Source of the DNA: an uncultured Candidatus Peribacteria bacterium
Lineage (GTDB): Bacteria > Patescibacteriota > Gracilibacteria > Peribacterales > Peribacteraceae
Direction: 5' to 3'
DNA: 64,000 bases
NCBI GenBank assembly: GCA_964460365.1
Contig: CAYWPL010000008.1
Span: 7,835 to 71,834, forward strand
Positions within the stretch are counted from its first letter, which is position 1; each line of letters begins with the position of its first letter. The notes beneath the pieces were generated by a model. It was not told the origin of the DNA. It searched no databases and saw nothing but the letters and a program-made list of their open reading frames with translations. Below are positions 30,309 through 37,130 of this stretch, piece by piece. The position numbers and the translations under genes are program-made.

Positions 30309-30332
30309 TTGGGAAAATTGGCACACGACGTG

Positions 30333-30360
30333 GCCGGCTGCTCTGGGGAGAGCAGCCGGC
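30333..30360. other. Perfect 12-bp GC-rich hairpin without a U-tract
   Basis: GCCGGCTGCTCT-gggg-AGAGCAGCCGGC. It lies 61 nt downstream of the stop of the minus-strand ORF 30421-30909, so it may be a terminator lacking a T-run. Confidence 0.5.
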
Positions 30361-30420
30361 GGCCGTGAGGTGTAACACTGCTTAAGAGGTGAGATGGGGT
30401 GGGATGCGGTGGTTAGCCGC

Positions 30421-30909
30421 TCACTTCTTGTCGGCGTACAGCACGGGCACGCCTTCCGGCGTATAGAGGTCCAAGTACCAGTCACCGAAGGGCAAGCCCT
30501 GGTAACTGATCTCGACCTTGTCGCCCTTGCACGTCCCCCTGTAACGGAAGACGTGTTTCGGGTAGGTCCGCACCGTGCCAGCCACGACGACATCCGTGGG
30601 CTTCTTGCCCCCCCAATTCGCGCGCTCGTCCACTTCGACTCCCACGAAGTCGAGGACGCAGTCCTTCTTCTTCGATTCCCCGCGCGCGATGACCATGACG
30701 TACTTCTCCGGCATCTTCGCCGGTTCGACCTTGGCGGGGGGTTCCGCCTTGTCTTTGGGGGTGACGACGGGGGTGCCGCCCTTGGCGGGCGGCGGGGGGT
30801 TCCCGGTTTTTTGCGTGGTCGGGGCCACGTAGGTCACGATGACGAACGTACCGCCGACGCCCAACAGGACGCCGACGATCATCGCCAGGACCAGTTTCCA
30901 ACCCTTCAT
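30421..30909 (-). CDS. Hypothetical membrane-anchored protein (N-terminal TM helix, Pro/Lys-rich linker, beta-rich domain)
   Basis: 162 aa. MKGWKLVLAMIVGVLLGVGGTFVIV, then PPPPAKGGTPVVTPKDKAEPPAKVEP. GGAG lies 7 nt upstream of the ATG. The antisense and alternate-frame ORFs in the track have junk composition. Confidence 0.7.
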   Translation of the reverse strand: MKGWKLVLAMIVGVLLGVGGTFVIVTYVAPTTQKTGNPPPPAKGGTPVVTPKDKAEPPAKVEPAKMPEKYVMVIARGESKKKDCVLDFVGVEVDERANWGGKKPTDVVVAGTVRTYPKHVFRYRGTCKGDKVEISYQGLPFGDWYLDLYTPEGVPVLYADKK

Positions 30910-31047
30910 CGCGTTTCTCCTGGACAGGTTGTGCCCCCACGGCGTGGTACTTCCTCTTGCTCACGCAAGAATGGTACTTGCTGTGGGTCGGTGTGGAAGC
31001 ACCGCTAATGGGGACACCCAGTGATGAAAAGGAGCAGGTTAACGTAT

Positions 31048-31075
31048 ATTATACAACATAATCAATATAGGTCAA
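31048..31075 (-). promoter_or_regulatory. Strong candidate promoter TTGACC-16-TATAAT in the AT-rich spacer, reading toward ORF 30421-30909
   Basis: Minus strand: TTGACC (31070-31075), a 16-nt spacer, then TATAAT (31048-31053). This implies a ~130-nt 5' UTR. Confidence 0.5.
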
Positions 31076-31176
31076 AATCTGAGGATACAGTAAAGTGAGC
31101 TTAAAATGCCAATACGCCATGAATTTCCGGTCATTTTCTATTTGCGCGAGACCGTAGCTGTTCCTCCGGAGAAACC

Positions 31177-31524
31177 ATGAAACGTCTGCGTCACGACTAC
31201 ACTCCCGAACAGATGGACCGCGGTGAATGGATGCTGTTCCACCCCGTCACGGGCGCGGCGGCCCGCGGGGGGTCCTTCACGACGCCGCTCCCGTCCCAGC
31301 CGACCGCGATGTTCGACGCCGACACGGAATGCTACTGGTACTGGGGTTGCTACGGCCTCTCGGTCACGGAAGCTCGTATCGGTGACGGTCGCAGCCGCCG
31401 GAGGGGGGACCCCTACCCCGGACACTGGCTGTTCGACCCGTACACCGGCAAGCGGCTGCTCTGCTATTGCACCCCGCCCGCGCCCGTCGTGCGTCCCCGA
31501 ACGGGCTGGGAACTGGACGACTGA
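31177..31524 (+). CDS. Hypothetical 115-aa Trp/Tyr/Cys-rich protein with a duplicated W-LF-x-P-x-TG motif
   Basis: GGAG lies 5 nt upstream of the ATG. EWMLFHPVTG (aa 17-26) and HWLFDPYTG (aa 83-91) form the repeat. ECYWYWGCYG and LLCYC carry the cysteines. No family is recognised. Confidence 0.55.
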   Translation: MKRLRHDYTPEQMDRGEWMLFHPVTGAAARGGSFTTPLPSQPTAMFDADTECYWYWGCYGLSVTEARIGDGRSRRRGDPYPGHWLFDPYTGKRLLCYCTPPAPVVRPRTGWELDD

Positions 31525-31577
31525 TCCGCGCCCCTCTTCGTCCTCGCACGGGGAGGGGCTTCTTCCCGTGTCTCCTC

Positions 31578-31606
31578 TGGAAAAAAGTAGCGTTTTCTGC
31601 TATGAT
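31578..31606 (+). promoter_or_regulatory. Candidate promoter TGGAAA-17-TATGAT, 8 nt before the ATG of ORF 31615 (leaderless geometry)
   Basis: TGGAAA at 31578-31583, TATGAT at 31601-31606, ATG at 31615. Confidence 0.4.
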
Positions 31607-31614
31607 CATCCGAT

Positions 31615-32913
31615 ATGCACAACAAACCGATCCAGTTCCGGGAGATCGCGGAGGCGAGACTGCTGAATTTCTCGAGTGAAATCGTGCCTCCGATCGTGCC
31701 TCCGGCGAACACGACGGAGACGCCACGAATGCCCGAGAATATTTTCAAGTGGGTGTCGGACATGGTGGCGGGACGTCGCGAGGAGACGAATCAAGGCATG
31801 AACAGATTTTGGGCCATGGCGCTGGCGCTGATGGACCGTGTGGTCGGCTCGGGCGTCGGCGGTAACCAGCAGGCAGTGGAGAAGATAGAAAGGGCTCAGA
31901 AATTCGAAAAGGTGACGAAGACTGCACAGGCTGAAAAAACTGAAAAAGCCAGGAAAGCTCTGACGGAGGTCCGTCAAAAAATAAACGTTGTCACGCCTCC
32001 TGCTGTTATGGCCGTGCCGCCGATGCAGGATGTTGTTTCCCAGCCCAGTGAGAAGGCGGCCAAGGAGCTGATGGGGATCGCCAGGATCTCGCCGCCCGCC
32101 GCCGACCCGCCGCCGATCACGCGCGAGGAGACCGCGCCCGAGATCACGTACTCGGCCGGGTTCCCGCCGCGGATGCGACGTGGCGAGACCGTCCAGGGCA
32201 ACGTCTCTCCGGAAGGAGCAGCCGTGACTGTTGCGGGCGTGCAAGTGTTTTCTGTCGGCGAGGATGGGACCAAGACAGTTCCTGCTCTGTCGGGCTTCAC
32301 CTTTGAACGCGACATCTCCACTGGCATCCTGAAGATCACGGCGCCGGCGCAGACCCAGCGTGTCTCGCTTCCGATCGTCGTTGGTGACGGGCCGCGCCGC
32401 GCAACCACCACGGTCGCGGTCGAGGCGACTCCAGTCCAGCATTCCACGCCGGCGGGCCAAGGCCTGGAGAAACAGCAGGCCGAAGTGCTGCGGGAGAACA
32501 TGCAGTTTCGAGGCGAGTATGTTCTCGCTAGTGGAAGGACCGTCTCTTTCACCCTCACAGTCCGCAGCGTCACGCGCAGGGAGAATGGTACGATCGGTTT
32601 CGTATGCGAGCACGCCTTCGAGAGCACGATTTACGATCGCGATGGACGCGTGATCCCGCACAAGCCCTTGCTCATCGCCGCCGATGGCGAGCTGAATCCC
32701 GCCACGGGGGCCATCACCATCCAGGAACGCGAGATCACTCAGGACAACAAAGGGGCCAAACACTACCGGTCCGGTTTGCGGTACACTACGACGTCCAGTC
32801 TCGACTCGTACACCGGCACCTTCACTGCGGCTACTCGCAGCATGGCGCTTACCTGGCCTAAGCCGGACGGCACTCTCAAGGATGTGACGCTCACCGGGGT
32901 GGTCGTTCCCTGA
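31615..32913 (+). CDS. Hypothetical 432-aa protein (helical Lys/Glu-rich N-terminal part, beta-rich C-terminal part)
   Basis: The composition is protein-like throughout (AVEKIERAQKFEKVTKTAQAEKTEKARKALTEVRQK; later VTVAGVQVFSVGEDGTKTVPALSGFTFERD, Ig-like). No TM segment or catalytic motif is recognised. Confidence 0.7.
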   Translation: MHNKPIQFREIAEARLLNFSSEIVPPIVPPANTTETPRMPENIFKWVSDMVAGRREETNQGMNRFWAMALALMDRVVGSGVGGNQQAVEKIERAQKFEKVTKTAQAEKTEKARKALTEVRQKINVVTPPAVMAVPPMQDVVSQPSEKAAKELMGIARISPPAADPPPITREETAPEITYSAGFPPRMRRGETVQGNVSPEGAAVTVAGVQVFSVGEDGTKTVPALSGFTFERDISTGILKITAPAQTQRVSLPIVVGDGPRRATTTVAVEATPVQHSTPAGQGLEKQQAEVLRENMQFRGEYVLASGRTVSFTLTVRSVTRRENGTIGFVCEHAFESTIYDRDGRVIPHKPLLIAADGELNPATGAITIQEREITQDNKGAKHYRSGLRYTTTSSLDSYTGTFTAATRSMALTWPKPDGTLKDVTLTGVVVP

Positions 32914-33141
32914 TCTCGTGTATTGCCAGGAAAACCGAAAACGCCTTTCTTTTGGTGTTGGATCGGGTAGGATCGATGTAGTTCTTTCCCGTCCCTCGTT
33001 TTTTCCGCTTCCCGTCCACGAATTATTACCGGACGGATTGGGTTTACGTTCAAGGCTTCCGACCGAAGCTTCGCATGTGAATCCAGTACAACAGCGGAAG
33101 GCAGCCACGGGGAAACTCACGTTTCTTTCCCCCTTATCCGC

Positions 33142-35355
33142 ATGAACCCGCAAAAAGAATATTCCCTTGAGCTTGGGAACCAATCGCTCGTCATCAAGAC
33201 GGGATTGTTCGCGCAGCAGGCCAACGCCACGGTCATTTGCCAGATGGGCGACACCGTCGCGATGGGCAACTGCACCGTCGGTCGCGCCCGCGACGGCGTC
33301 GATTTCCTGCCACTGCAGGTCGTCTACCAGGAGAAGTACTACGCCGGAGGCAAGATCGCCGGCAGCCGCTTCCGCAAGCGCGAAGGCCGCCCGGGCGACG
33401 ATTACGTCCTGCTCGCCCGCGTCATCGACCGCGGCCTGCGTCCGATGTTCCCGAAGCACATGCACCAGGACATCCAGGTGTTCTGCACGGTGCTCAGCTA
33501 CGACTTCGAACATGAGCACGACGTCGTCTCGGCCAACGCCGCGAACCTCGCCGTCGCCCTCTCCGACTGTCCGTGCGACGGCCCGCTGGGGACCGTCCGT
33601 GTCGGCCTGATCGGCGGAGAACTCGTCCTGAACCCGTCCAAGGAAGCCCGCACCCGCGCGGACCTGGATATGCTCCTCACCGCGTCGCTTGAGCGCGTCG
33701 TGATGATCGAAGCCGGCGCCAACCAGGTGCCCGAGGCCGATGTCGTCCGCGCCATCGACTTTGGCAAAAAGTGGGCCCAGAAGATCGCCGCTTTCTTCGC
33801 GGATCTGCAAAAGCAGATCGGCAAGCCGAAATTTGAGATCGCCGAGCCGTACTGGCATCAGGAAGGATACGATTTCCTCAAGTCGTGGATTCTTGCCGAC
33901 GTGAACAAGGCTGTCAAAGACGATCTCGCCAAGAACGTCCGTCGCGCGATCTTCAACAAGTTCATGGATGAGGCTGCCGAGAAACTCAAAGAGCATTTCG
34001 CCACGATGCCGGTCGAAGAACTGGAGATCCTTATGGCCAACGGCAAGGCGTTCGTCGACAAGATCATCAAGGCCGAAGTCCGTCGCCTCGTGCTGGAGGA
34101 GGGCATCCGTATGTCCAGCCGCAAGGTCGACCAGATCCGCGAACTCTCCGCGATCATCGACGTGCTGCCTCGTCGCGTCCATGGTTCCGCGCTGTTCAAC
34201 CGCGGCGAGACACAGGGTCTCACGACCTGCACGCTCGGCGCGCCGGGCGATCAGCAGATCGTCGAAGGCATGGAGGGCGAGCACAAGCTCCGCTACATGC
34301 ACCATTACAACTTCCCGCCATTCTCCGTGGGCGAGACGAGCAACCGTCTCTTCGTCGGCAACCGCGAGATCGGCCACGGCAACCTCGCGCAGCGCGGCAT
34401 CGAGCCGGTGCTCCCGAAGCAGGAGGACTTCCCCTATACCATCCGCACCGTCACCGAGATTCTCGCCAGCAACGGTTCCAGCTCTATGGCGGCTACCTGC
34501 GGTTCGACACTTGCCCTCATGGCGGCCGGCGTGCCCCTTCTGGCGCCCGTTTCGGCCATCGCGCTCGGTCTCATGTCCGATGAATCCAAGGACAAGTACG
34601 TCATCCTCACCGACCTTCAGGACGAAGAGGACTTCGGCGGCGACATGGACTTCAAAGTCACCGGCACCGAGAAGGGCGTCACGGCCATCCAGATGGACAT
34701 CAAGATCAAGGGTCTCCCGGACCACGTCTTCAAGGATGCTCTGGAGAAGGCCCGCACCGGCCGCGGAGAGGTGCTCTCCATGATGCTCGCGGTCATCCCC
34801 GAGGCACGCCATGAGCTGAGTCCCTTCGCGCCGCGCATCGAGACGATCCAGATCGATCCGGAGGACATCCGCCTCGTCATCGGCAAGGGCGGAGAGATGA
34901 TTCAGAAGATCACGGGCGAGCTCGGCGTGGAGATCGATATCGAGGATTCCGGTCTCATCTTCGTCACGTCGCTCAACGGTGAGGCGATGGAGAAGGCCAA
35001 GACATGGATCGCGGCGATCATCGAGAAGCCCGAGGTCGGCAAGGTCTACAAGGGCAAAGTCGTCCGCATCATCGACGGCACCGGAGCGATCGTGGAGTTT
35101 CTGCCCGGCAAGGACGCCATGATCCACATCTCGGAACTGGCTTGGGGCCGCACCGAGAACGTCGAGGACGTGCTCAAAATGGGCCAGGAAGTCGAAGCCA
35201 AGGTCATCGAGTACGATGCCCAGGAAGGCAAGACGCGCATGTCGCTCAAGCAGATGACGCCGCCGCCCGAGGGCTACGTGGCCCCGGTGCGCCGTCCCTT
35301 CGGCGGCCCTCCGCGCGGAGGGCCCAGTGGCGGACGCCCGCCGTTCCGGCGCTGA
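33142..35355 (+). CDS. pnp: Polyribonucleotide nucleotidyltransferase (PNPase)
   Basis: 737 aa. It has two RNase PH domains (FETGLFAQQANATV-like start, RREIGHGNLAQRG, GSSSMAATCGSTLALMAAGVP), a KH domain (VIGKGGEMIQKI) and an S1 domain (GKVYKGKVVRIIDGTGAIVEFLPGKDAMIHISEL). Confidence 0.96.
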   Translation: MNPQKEYSLELGNQSLVIKTGLFAQQANATVICQMGDTVAMGNCTVGRARDGVDFLPLQVVYQEKYYAGGKIAGSRFRKREGRPGDDYVLLARVIDRGLRPMFPKHMHQDIQVFCTVLSYDFEHEHDVVSANAANLAVALSDCPCDGPLGTVRVGLIGGELVLNPSKEARTRADLDMLLTASLERVVMIEAGANQVPEADVVRAIDFGKKWAQKIAAFFADLQKQIGKPKFEIAEPYWHQEGYDFLKSWILADVNKAVKDDLAKNVRRAIFNKFMDEAAEKLKEHFATMPVEELEILMANGKAFVDKIIKAEVRRLVLEEGIRMSSRKVDQIRELSAIIDVLPRRVHGSALFNRGETQGLTTCTLGAPGDQQIVEGMEGEHKLRYMHHYNFPPFSVGETSNRLFVGNREIGHGNLAQRGIEPVLPKQEDFPYTIRTVTEILASNGSSSMAATCGSTLALMAAGVPLLAPVSAIALGLMSDESKDKYVILTDLQDEEDFGGDMDFKVTGTEKGVTAIQMDIKIKGLPDHVFKDALEKARTGRGEVLSMMLAVIPEARHELSPFAPRIETIQIDPEDIRLVIGKGGEMIQKITGELGVEIDIEDSGLIFVTSLNGEAMEKAKTWIAAIIEKPEVGKVYKGKVVRIIDGTGAIVEFLPGKDAMIHISELAWGRTENVEDVLKMGQEVEAKVIEYDAQEGKTRMSLKQMTPPPEGYVAPVRRPFGGPPRGGPSGGRPPFRR

Positions 35356-35370
35356 AATTCGTTCACAAAT

Positions 35371-35410
35371 CCGTAGCGGAGGTTCATGAACCTCCGCTGG
35401 ATTTTTGTTG
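35371..35410 (+). terminator. pnp terminator built from a copy of the GTAGCGGAGGTTCATGAACCTCCGCT palindrome
   Basis: A 12-bp perfect stem (AGCGGAGGTTCA/TGAACCTCCGCT, plus one G-U pair) is followed by ATTTTTGTTG. It lies 16 nt after the pnp stop. Confidence 0.75.
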
Positions 35411-35469
35411 ATATGCGTGCCTCGTTACGGTCGCGCTTCACGACGACCTACTCGGCATGACATATGTAT

Positions 35470-35529
35470 TAACTGAAAAAATTTGTCATCCCGAGTAGAA
35501 ACTGCGGAGCAGTTTCGTAACGAGGGATG
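35470..35529 (-). terminator. Composite hairpin terminator downstream of the FmdB-like gene
   Basis: Outer stem CATCCC/GGGATG, inner stem GAAACTGC-gga-GCAGTTTC (35487-35529). On the minus strand it is followed by ACAAATTTTTTCAG. Confidence 0.65.
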
Positions 35530-35533
35530 CTCT

Positions 35534-35851
35534 TTACTCTTTCTTCTTCGCCTTCTTCTCCGGCGCCGGAACATGCGCGTCAGGTTTCGCAGATGGAGCA
35601 CCGCTCTTGGTCGGTGCCGCTTCAGGTTTCGACGGTGAATCAGCGGGCTTGGGGGCTGCGGACTTGGCCGCCGGACGACTGTCGGTCTTGTACCAGCCGC
35701 CGCCTTTGAAATGCACCGCCGGAGGCGTCAGCAGTTTTTCGGTGCTCTTCGAACCGCACGCGGGACACGACGGACTTGTCTTGCTGCCGAATGGCCGGGC
35801 GAACTCAAATACCGTAGAGCACCTCTTGCAGCGGAAATCGAAGGTCGGCAT
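35534..35851 (-). CDS. FmdB-family zinc-ribbon protein (CxxC...CxxC) with a low-complexity basic tail
   Basis: MPTFDFRCKRCSTVFEFARPFGSKTSPSCPACGSKSTEKLLTPPAVHFKGGGWY, then a Pro/Ala/Lys-rich tail. Confidence 0.85.
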   Translation of the reverse strand: MPTFDFRCKRCSTVFEFARPFGSKTSPSCPACGSKSTEKLLTPPAVHFKGGGWYKTDSRPAAKSAAPKPADSPSKPEAAPTKSGAPSAKPDAHVPAPEKKAKKKE

Positions 35852-35872
35852 GACGCGCTCAGTATAGCAGGC

Positions 35873-36148
35873 TCAGGCGCCGCCGCCCTTGAGGACATTG
35901 CGTCCGAGCAGCATGTTGATGGCGAAATAGTTGAGTCCGACAAAGAGTCCGATCGGTCCCAGTGTCTGGGCGGCCATCAGGAGGCCGTTGCCGACAAGGA
36001 GTCCCGTGCGGTTCGCGACGTTCACGCCCAGCTGCGCGGCCTGTCCGCTTAGCGTGGGACCGGGGAGCAGGCGGGTGGCCTGCGGAAGCACATCGGCCGC
36101 AGGGAGCGGGGCGACTGCCGTGGAGAGGAGGTGCGGGACGTCGACCAT
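35873..36148 (-). CDS. Hypothetical 91-aa hydrophobic protein
   Basis: The track ORF 35873-36358 is trimmed to ATG 36148. TATACT lies 7 nt upstream (36156-36161), with GAGACA at the -35 position. The C-terminus GPIGLFVGLNYFAINMLLG is hydrophobic. Confidence 0.5.
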   Translation of the reverse strand: MVDVPHLLSTAVAPLPAADVLPQATRLLPGPTLSGQAAQLGVNVANRTGLLVGNGLLMAAQTLGPIGLFVGLNYFAINMLLGRNVLKGGGA

Positions 36149-36356
36149 TCCCCTCAGTATAGCGGTTTTTGGGCTGTTTGTCTCCTCAGTCCCCGGCGAT
36201 GGTCTTAGAAGATGCGCTTGCCGACGGCGAACGCGATGCCGGCCACGAGCACGCCTGCGCCGATCTGCAGCACATGCACGCGGTCTTCTTTGATCAACTT
36301 CCCTGTAGCTTCTGCCCGGTTCATGCAGGAATGACCCGCCTCTCAGCATCCACTGC

Positions 36357-36388
36357 AAGAAAAACGGCAGGAATATGCGCCGTTTTTC
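36357..36388. terminator. Bidirectional-type hairpin (A-tract/T-tract arms) in a divergent spacer
   Basis: AGAAAAACGGC-aggaatatgc-GCCGTTTTTCT, an 11-bp stem. Confidence 0.45.
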
Positions 36389-36475
36389 TTTGGACAGCTC
36401 CTTCGTGGCATCCCCAAGCGCGGTTGACGAATGGAAGACCTTGCAGGGTCGAATGCGTTACTGTATAAACTGTGA

Positions 36476-36548
36476 GCTTTGCACTTCTGTGCAGCGTTGC
36501 TCTTTCTCTTTAACGAATGGCCGCCCGTCACACGGCGGTCATTTTTTG
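36476..36548 (+). ncRNA. Candidate ~70-nt small RNA or leader (promoter TTGCAG-17-TATAAA at 36441-36469, terminator at 36519-36547)
   Basis: The promoter-like hexamers have a 17-nt spacer. There is an internal hairpin GCAC-ttct-GTGC. The terminal hairpin GGCCG(C)CCG-tcaca-CGGCGGTC is followed by ATTTTTTGTT. The only overlapping ORF (62 aa) has implausible composition. Confidence 0.25.
36519..36547 (+). terminator. Intrinsic terminator 110 nt upstream of the next plus-strand gene
   Basis: An 8-bp GC stem with one bulge, a 5-nt loop, then a T6 run (ATTTTTTGTT). Confidence 0.55.
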
Positions 36549-36657
36549 TTGCACGCACCGTGATTTTGCCTAAAGGACAGCCGCGCGCGCTGATCTGCAA
36601 GCAGGTCAGCGCAGGTGCTCTATCCATCGGTGGCGCCATCGGTATACTGTGTCCCAT

Positions 36658-37035
36658 ATGAAAAAGGCGTCCGCTGCCCTCCCTCTCGTTCTCGGCGTTC
36701 TCGCTCTCGGCGTCTTCGGATCCGTCGTATTTTTGGTGACGCATCCGCTGCGGACGGATCCCCGCGCCCCTGCCACCGTGGTGCGGGATGGCGACAAAGT
36801 GCGTGTCACGTATTACGGCCAGGTCGAGGCGGATCAGCCACACGGGTCCCCGGAGCGCCCCAGGCGCTACATGCTGCGCCTCGCGGCGGGTGCGTCTGTT
36901 CAACTCAAGAGCAGCACCGTTGATCTGCGCAAGTACGACGGCCAGCACGTACAGCTCGCCGGCACGCTTCCCAAGGAGAGCAGGGACTCCTACGAGCTTG
37001 TCTATGTCCAGAACGTCCAGGTCGTCCAGAAATGA
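36658..37035 (+). CDS. Hypothetical secreted/membrane-anchored 125-aa protein
   Basis: ATG at 36658 (the track starts at an upstream GTG). MKKASAALPLVLGVLALGVFGSVVFLV is a signal/anchor, followed by a beta-rich domain. TATACT lies 9 nt upstream of the ATG. Confidence 0.65.
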   Translation: MKKASAALPLVLGVLALGVFGSVVFLVTHPLRTDPRAPATVVRDGDKVRVTYYGQVEADQPHGSPERPRRYMLRLAAGASVQLKSSTVDLRKYDGQHVQLAGTLPKESRDSYELVYVQNVQVVQK

Positions 37036-37130
37036 TCTTTGAGGCGGCAGGACGAGCCACTACTCTTTCCGCATGCCTGAAAAGCCCACCCTTCGACTCG
37101 CTTCGCTCGTTCAGGGCAAGCCCCCTTCCC

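Noticed and set aside
31606-35127. 1173-aa minus-strand ORF, the longest in the track.
   Set aside because: It is antisense to the unmistakable PNPase gene and to ORF 31615-32913. Its composition is Arg/Asp/Gly/His/Leu-rich and low-complexity, with no motifs. Long stop-free antisense frames are expected in GC-rich DNA.
36205-36324. 39-codon minus-strand ORF (MNRAEATGKLIKEDRVHVLQIGAGVLVAGIAFAVGKRIF) with one hydrophobic helix.
   Set aside because: It is plausible as a small membrane protein. It lacks the -10/ATG geometry seen for neighbouring genes and cannot be supported without conservation data.
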